Of a stretch of 42,147 bases of DNA, positions 40,709 through 42,147 are shown in pieces. The DNA is from a virus: IMG/VR virus record IMGVR_UViG_3300045988_041214, positions 1-42,147 of that record, one strand, 5' to 3'. The notes beneath the pieces are model-generated. The model did not search any database. It was not told the DNA's origin and saw only the letters and a list, made by a program, of their open reading frames with translations. The stretch's first letter is position 1. Each line of letters starts with the position of its first letter. The position numbers were made by a program, and so were the translations under genes.

Positions 40709-40780
40709 GTTTGTCCTTTCTGTTTTGCTGACATGATTTATATTACTCCGATTGGAGTAATATGCAAGTCGGGCGTGTCG
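40709..40780. repeat. 72-bp perfect direct repeat, copy 2
   Basis: Identical to 38314..38385. Palindrome at 40740-40763. Confidence 0.95.
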
Positions 40781-40824
40781 CACGGTAGACTTGCAAATGT
40801 CCTTTTTGCTGACACAAACGGACA

Positions 40825-40859
40825 AGAGGCGGAGCCGGACAATGCAAGGCTCCGCCTCT
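40825..40859. terminator. 12-bp perfect hairpin between the cassette promoter and int
   Basis: AGAGGCGGAGCC-11 nt-GGCTCCGCCTCT. Confidence 0.5.
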
Positions 40860-40894
40860 CTTATAATTGGCCATGTCAGCAAAGGAGACCACGC

Positions 40895-42064
40895 ATGGCC
40901 TACACCATCCGCCAATACACGACGAAATCCGGCAAACGCTACGAGGTGCGCTACCGCAAGCCCGACGGGTCGTCCACCGGAAGGCGTGGCTTCAAACGCA
41001 AGATGGACGCCGATGCGTGGGGAGCGGCCAATGTGACCACCGCGAAAAGCGTCGGAGCCTACATCGACCCACAGGCCGGACGCAGGCTCGTCGAAGACTT
41101 CTGGGCACCTTGGCTGGCCGCGAAGAAGACCAAGGCGAAGCCAAGCTACATCAAGTCGCTGGAAGACGCTTGGCGCGTGCATGTGGAGCCGCAGTGGGGC
41201 ATGAGGGAGATGCAGTCAATCACGCGCGACGAAGTGCAGCGGTGGGTCACCGATCTGGCAGGACGACGCAGTGCGTCGGTGACGATTCGCGCCGAGAATC
41301 TGCTTCGCAGCCTCATGGAAAGAGCGAAGGAAGACAAGTGCATCCATGACAATCCATGCGACGGCATCGAGCTGCCGCGCAAGCAGGTGCGGAAGCACGT
41401 CTATCTCTCGGCCGACGAATTGTCTCGTGTGGCGATGCAGTGCGGGTGGCGTGAGCCGATCGTGCTGACCTTGGGCCTGTGCGGCATGCGGTGGGGCGAG
41501 CTCGTGGCGCTCCGTGTCGAGGATGTTGACCTGCAACGATGCAGGCTCCATATCTGGCGCAGCATCACCAGACTGTCCAGCGAGATGGTGGAGACGGATC
41601 CGAAAACACATGAGGGGCGCGTCGTCATGTTCCCGCAGATTCTCAGACCATTGCTTGCCGGACAATGCAACGGACGTGCCCCGTCGGATTTTCTTTTCAC
41701 GTCTCCAGGCAAGCCGTTGGACGAGCCGATGGGCAATGGTTGGAATCCGACTCGGAGCGATGGCTGGTTCGCCGTCGCGTTGCGCAGGGCCGGCGTCGAG
41801 CGCGGGCATATGACTATTCATGATCTGCGGCATACGGCGGCGTCACTTATGGTGCAGTCTGGCGCGAACGTCAAGACCGTGCAAAGGCAGCTCGGCCACA
41901 AGTCGGCCGCGATGACGTTGGACGTGTACGCCGACCTGTTCGATGAGGATCTGGACGACCTGTCGGAGCGCATGGGTGGTTTGCTTTTTTCGCAGAATGT
42001 GGGCAAAATGTGGGCAAACGCGACGCAAGGTGTCGATGGAACCGTTGAACCGGCAAGTGTCTGA
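40895..42064 (+). CDS. int: Tyrosine integrase (389 aa) with N-terminal arm-binding-type domain
   Basis: RBS AAAGGAGA. N-terminus YTTKSGKRYEVRYRKPDGS (AP2-like arm binder). C-terminus HDLRHTAAS...GHKSAAMTLDVYADL. The last 16 nt lie in the terminal repeat. Confidence 0.9.
   Translation: MAYTIRQYTTKSGKRYEVRYRKPDGSSTGRRGFKRKMDADAWGAANVTTAKSVGAYIDPQAGRRLVEDFWAPWLAAKKTKAKPSYIKSLEDAWRVHVEPQWGMREMQSITRDEVQRWVTDLAGRRSASVTIRAENLLRSLMERAKEDKCIHDNPCDGIELPRKQVRKHVYLSADELSRVAMQCGWREPIVLTLGLCGMRWGELVALRVEDVDLQRCRLHIWRSITRLSSEMVETDPKTHEGRVVMFPQILRPLLAGQCNGRAPSDFLFTSPGKPLDEPMGNGWNPTRSDGWFAVALRRAGVERGHMTIHDLRHTAASLMVQSGANVKTVQRQLGHKSAAMTLDVYADLFDEDLDDLSERMGGLLFSQNVGKMWANATQGVDGTVEPASV
41999..42016 (+). promoter_or_regulatory. 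Candidate integrase arm-type sites (P side, inside the int 3' end)
   Basis: Exact copy of 161..178, in the same orientation. Confidence 0.5.
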
Positions 42065-42147
42065 GGCTTTTCGCCTGTGGGTTCGAGTCCCGCTGGAGGC
42101 ACTTTTGGAAACCGCCAGAGATGGCGGTTTTCCTTTATTCTCCAACG
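42049..42147. repeat. Terminal direct repeat, copy 2 (identical to 1..99)
   Basis: Same comparison. The first 16 nt are the last codons plus stop of the integrase gene. Confidence 0.95.
42077..42101 (+). other. tRNA 3'-end-like segment, second copy
   Basis: Identical to 29..53. Lies 13 nt downstream of the integrase stop. Confidence 0.6.

Noticed and set aside
40319-40894. N-terminal 192-aa extension of the integrase ORF (581-aa version), and the 265-aa version of the minus-strand ORF 40385..41182
   Set aside because: Both extensions run through the 72-bp repeat and the 12-bp hairpin and have non-coding-like composition. Good RBS-ATG pairs exist at 40895 (int) and 40705 (acidic protein).
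1-42147. Diversity-generating retroelement, CRISPR-Cas, toxin-antitoxin pairs of type II, or a known multi-gene defence system
   Set aside because: I could recognise no reverse transcriptase, cas genes, template/variable repeat pair, or characteristic ATPase/nuclease defence operon in any frame. Only the candidates listed under findings remain.

Overview
The window is one complete temperate siphovirus genome with about 42.05 kb of unique sequence. It has an HK97-type head module and a long non-contractile tail. Composition and gene content suggest a high-GC Gram-positive host, probably Bifidobacterium or another Actinomycetota; this is inference, since no database search was possible. Nt 1-99 are identical to nt 42049-42147, so the piece is either a prophage cut at attL/attR or a circular assembly with a 99-nt overlap, in which case the junction is attP.

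Gene order:
- att region with a tRNA 3'-end-like core and arm-type repeats
- lysogeny and accessory genes: a leftward 168-aa gene, a membrane-anchored DnaQ-like exonuclease, and a leftward operon of XRE repressor, ImmA-type protease and a PH-like gene
- a tightly packed, translationally coupled rightward early operon (3.1-13.7 kb): Cro-like, Xis-like, YqaJ exonuclease, RecT, SSB, RusA, a small DNA methyltransferase, a replication organiser, and many small ORFs
- a near-consensus promoter driving an unusual tRNA-like gene
- HNH endonuclease, TerS, TerL, portal, protease, capsid, connectors, tail tube, G/GT chaperone with a -1 frameshift, tape measure, Dit, and a 1773-aa fibre
- three paralogous small beta-sandwich-like genes, then lysis genes
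- a split methyltransferase and small terminator-bounded morons
- a second recombinase operon bracketed by 72-bp perfect repeats
- a 389-aa tyrosine integrase that reads into the att core

Items most worth follow-up:
1. The 2.4-kb Cre/Xer-type recombinase cassette flanked by perfect 72-bp direct repeats, each containing a promoter and a 10-4-10 palindrome.
2. A tRNA-like gene with canonical acceptor, D and T arms and an encoded CCA, but about 95 nt in place of the anticodon arm.
3. Two G/C homopolymer tracts (C7, G8), each exactly one base short of restoring a conserved reading frame. One is in a methyltransferase that also carries a 6 x 15-bp in-frame repeat. The other is in one of three tail-associated paralogues.
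4. A membrane-anchored DEDDh exonuclease moron.

All functional calls come from motif recognition by eye. No HMM, BLAST or RNA-folding computation was run.
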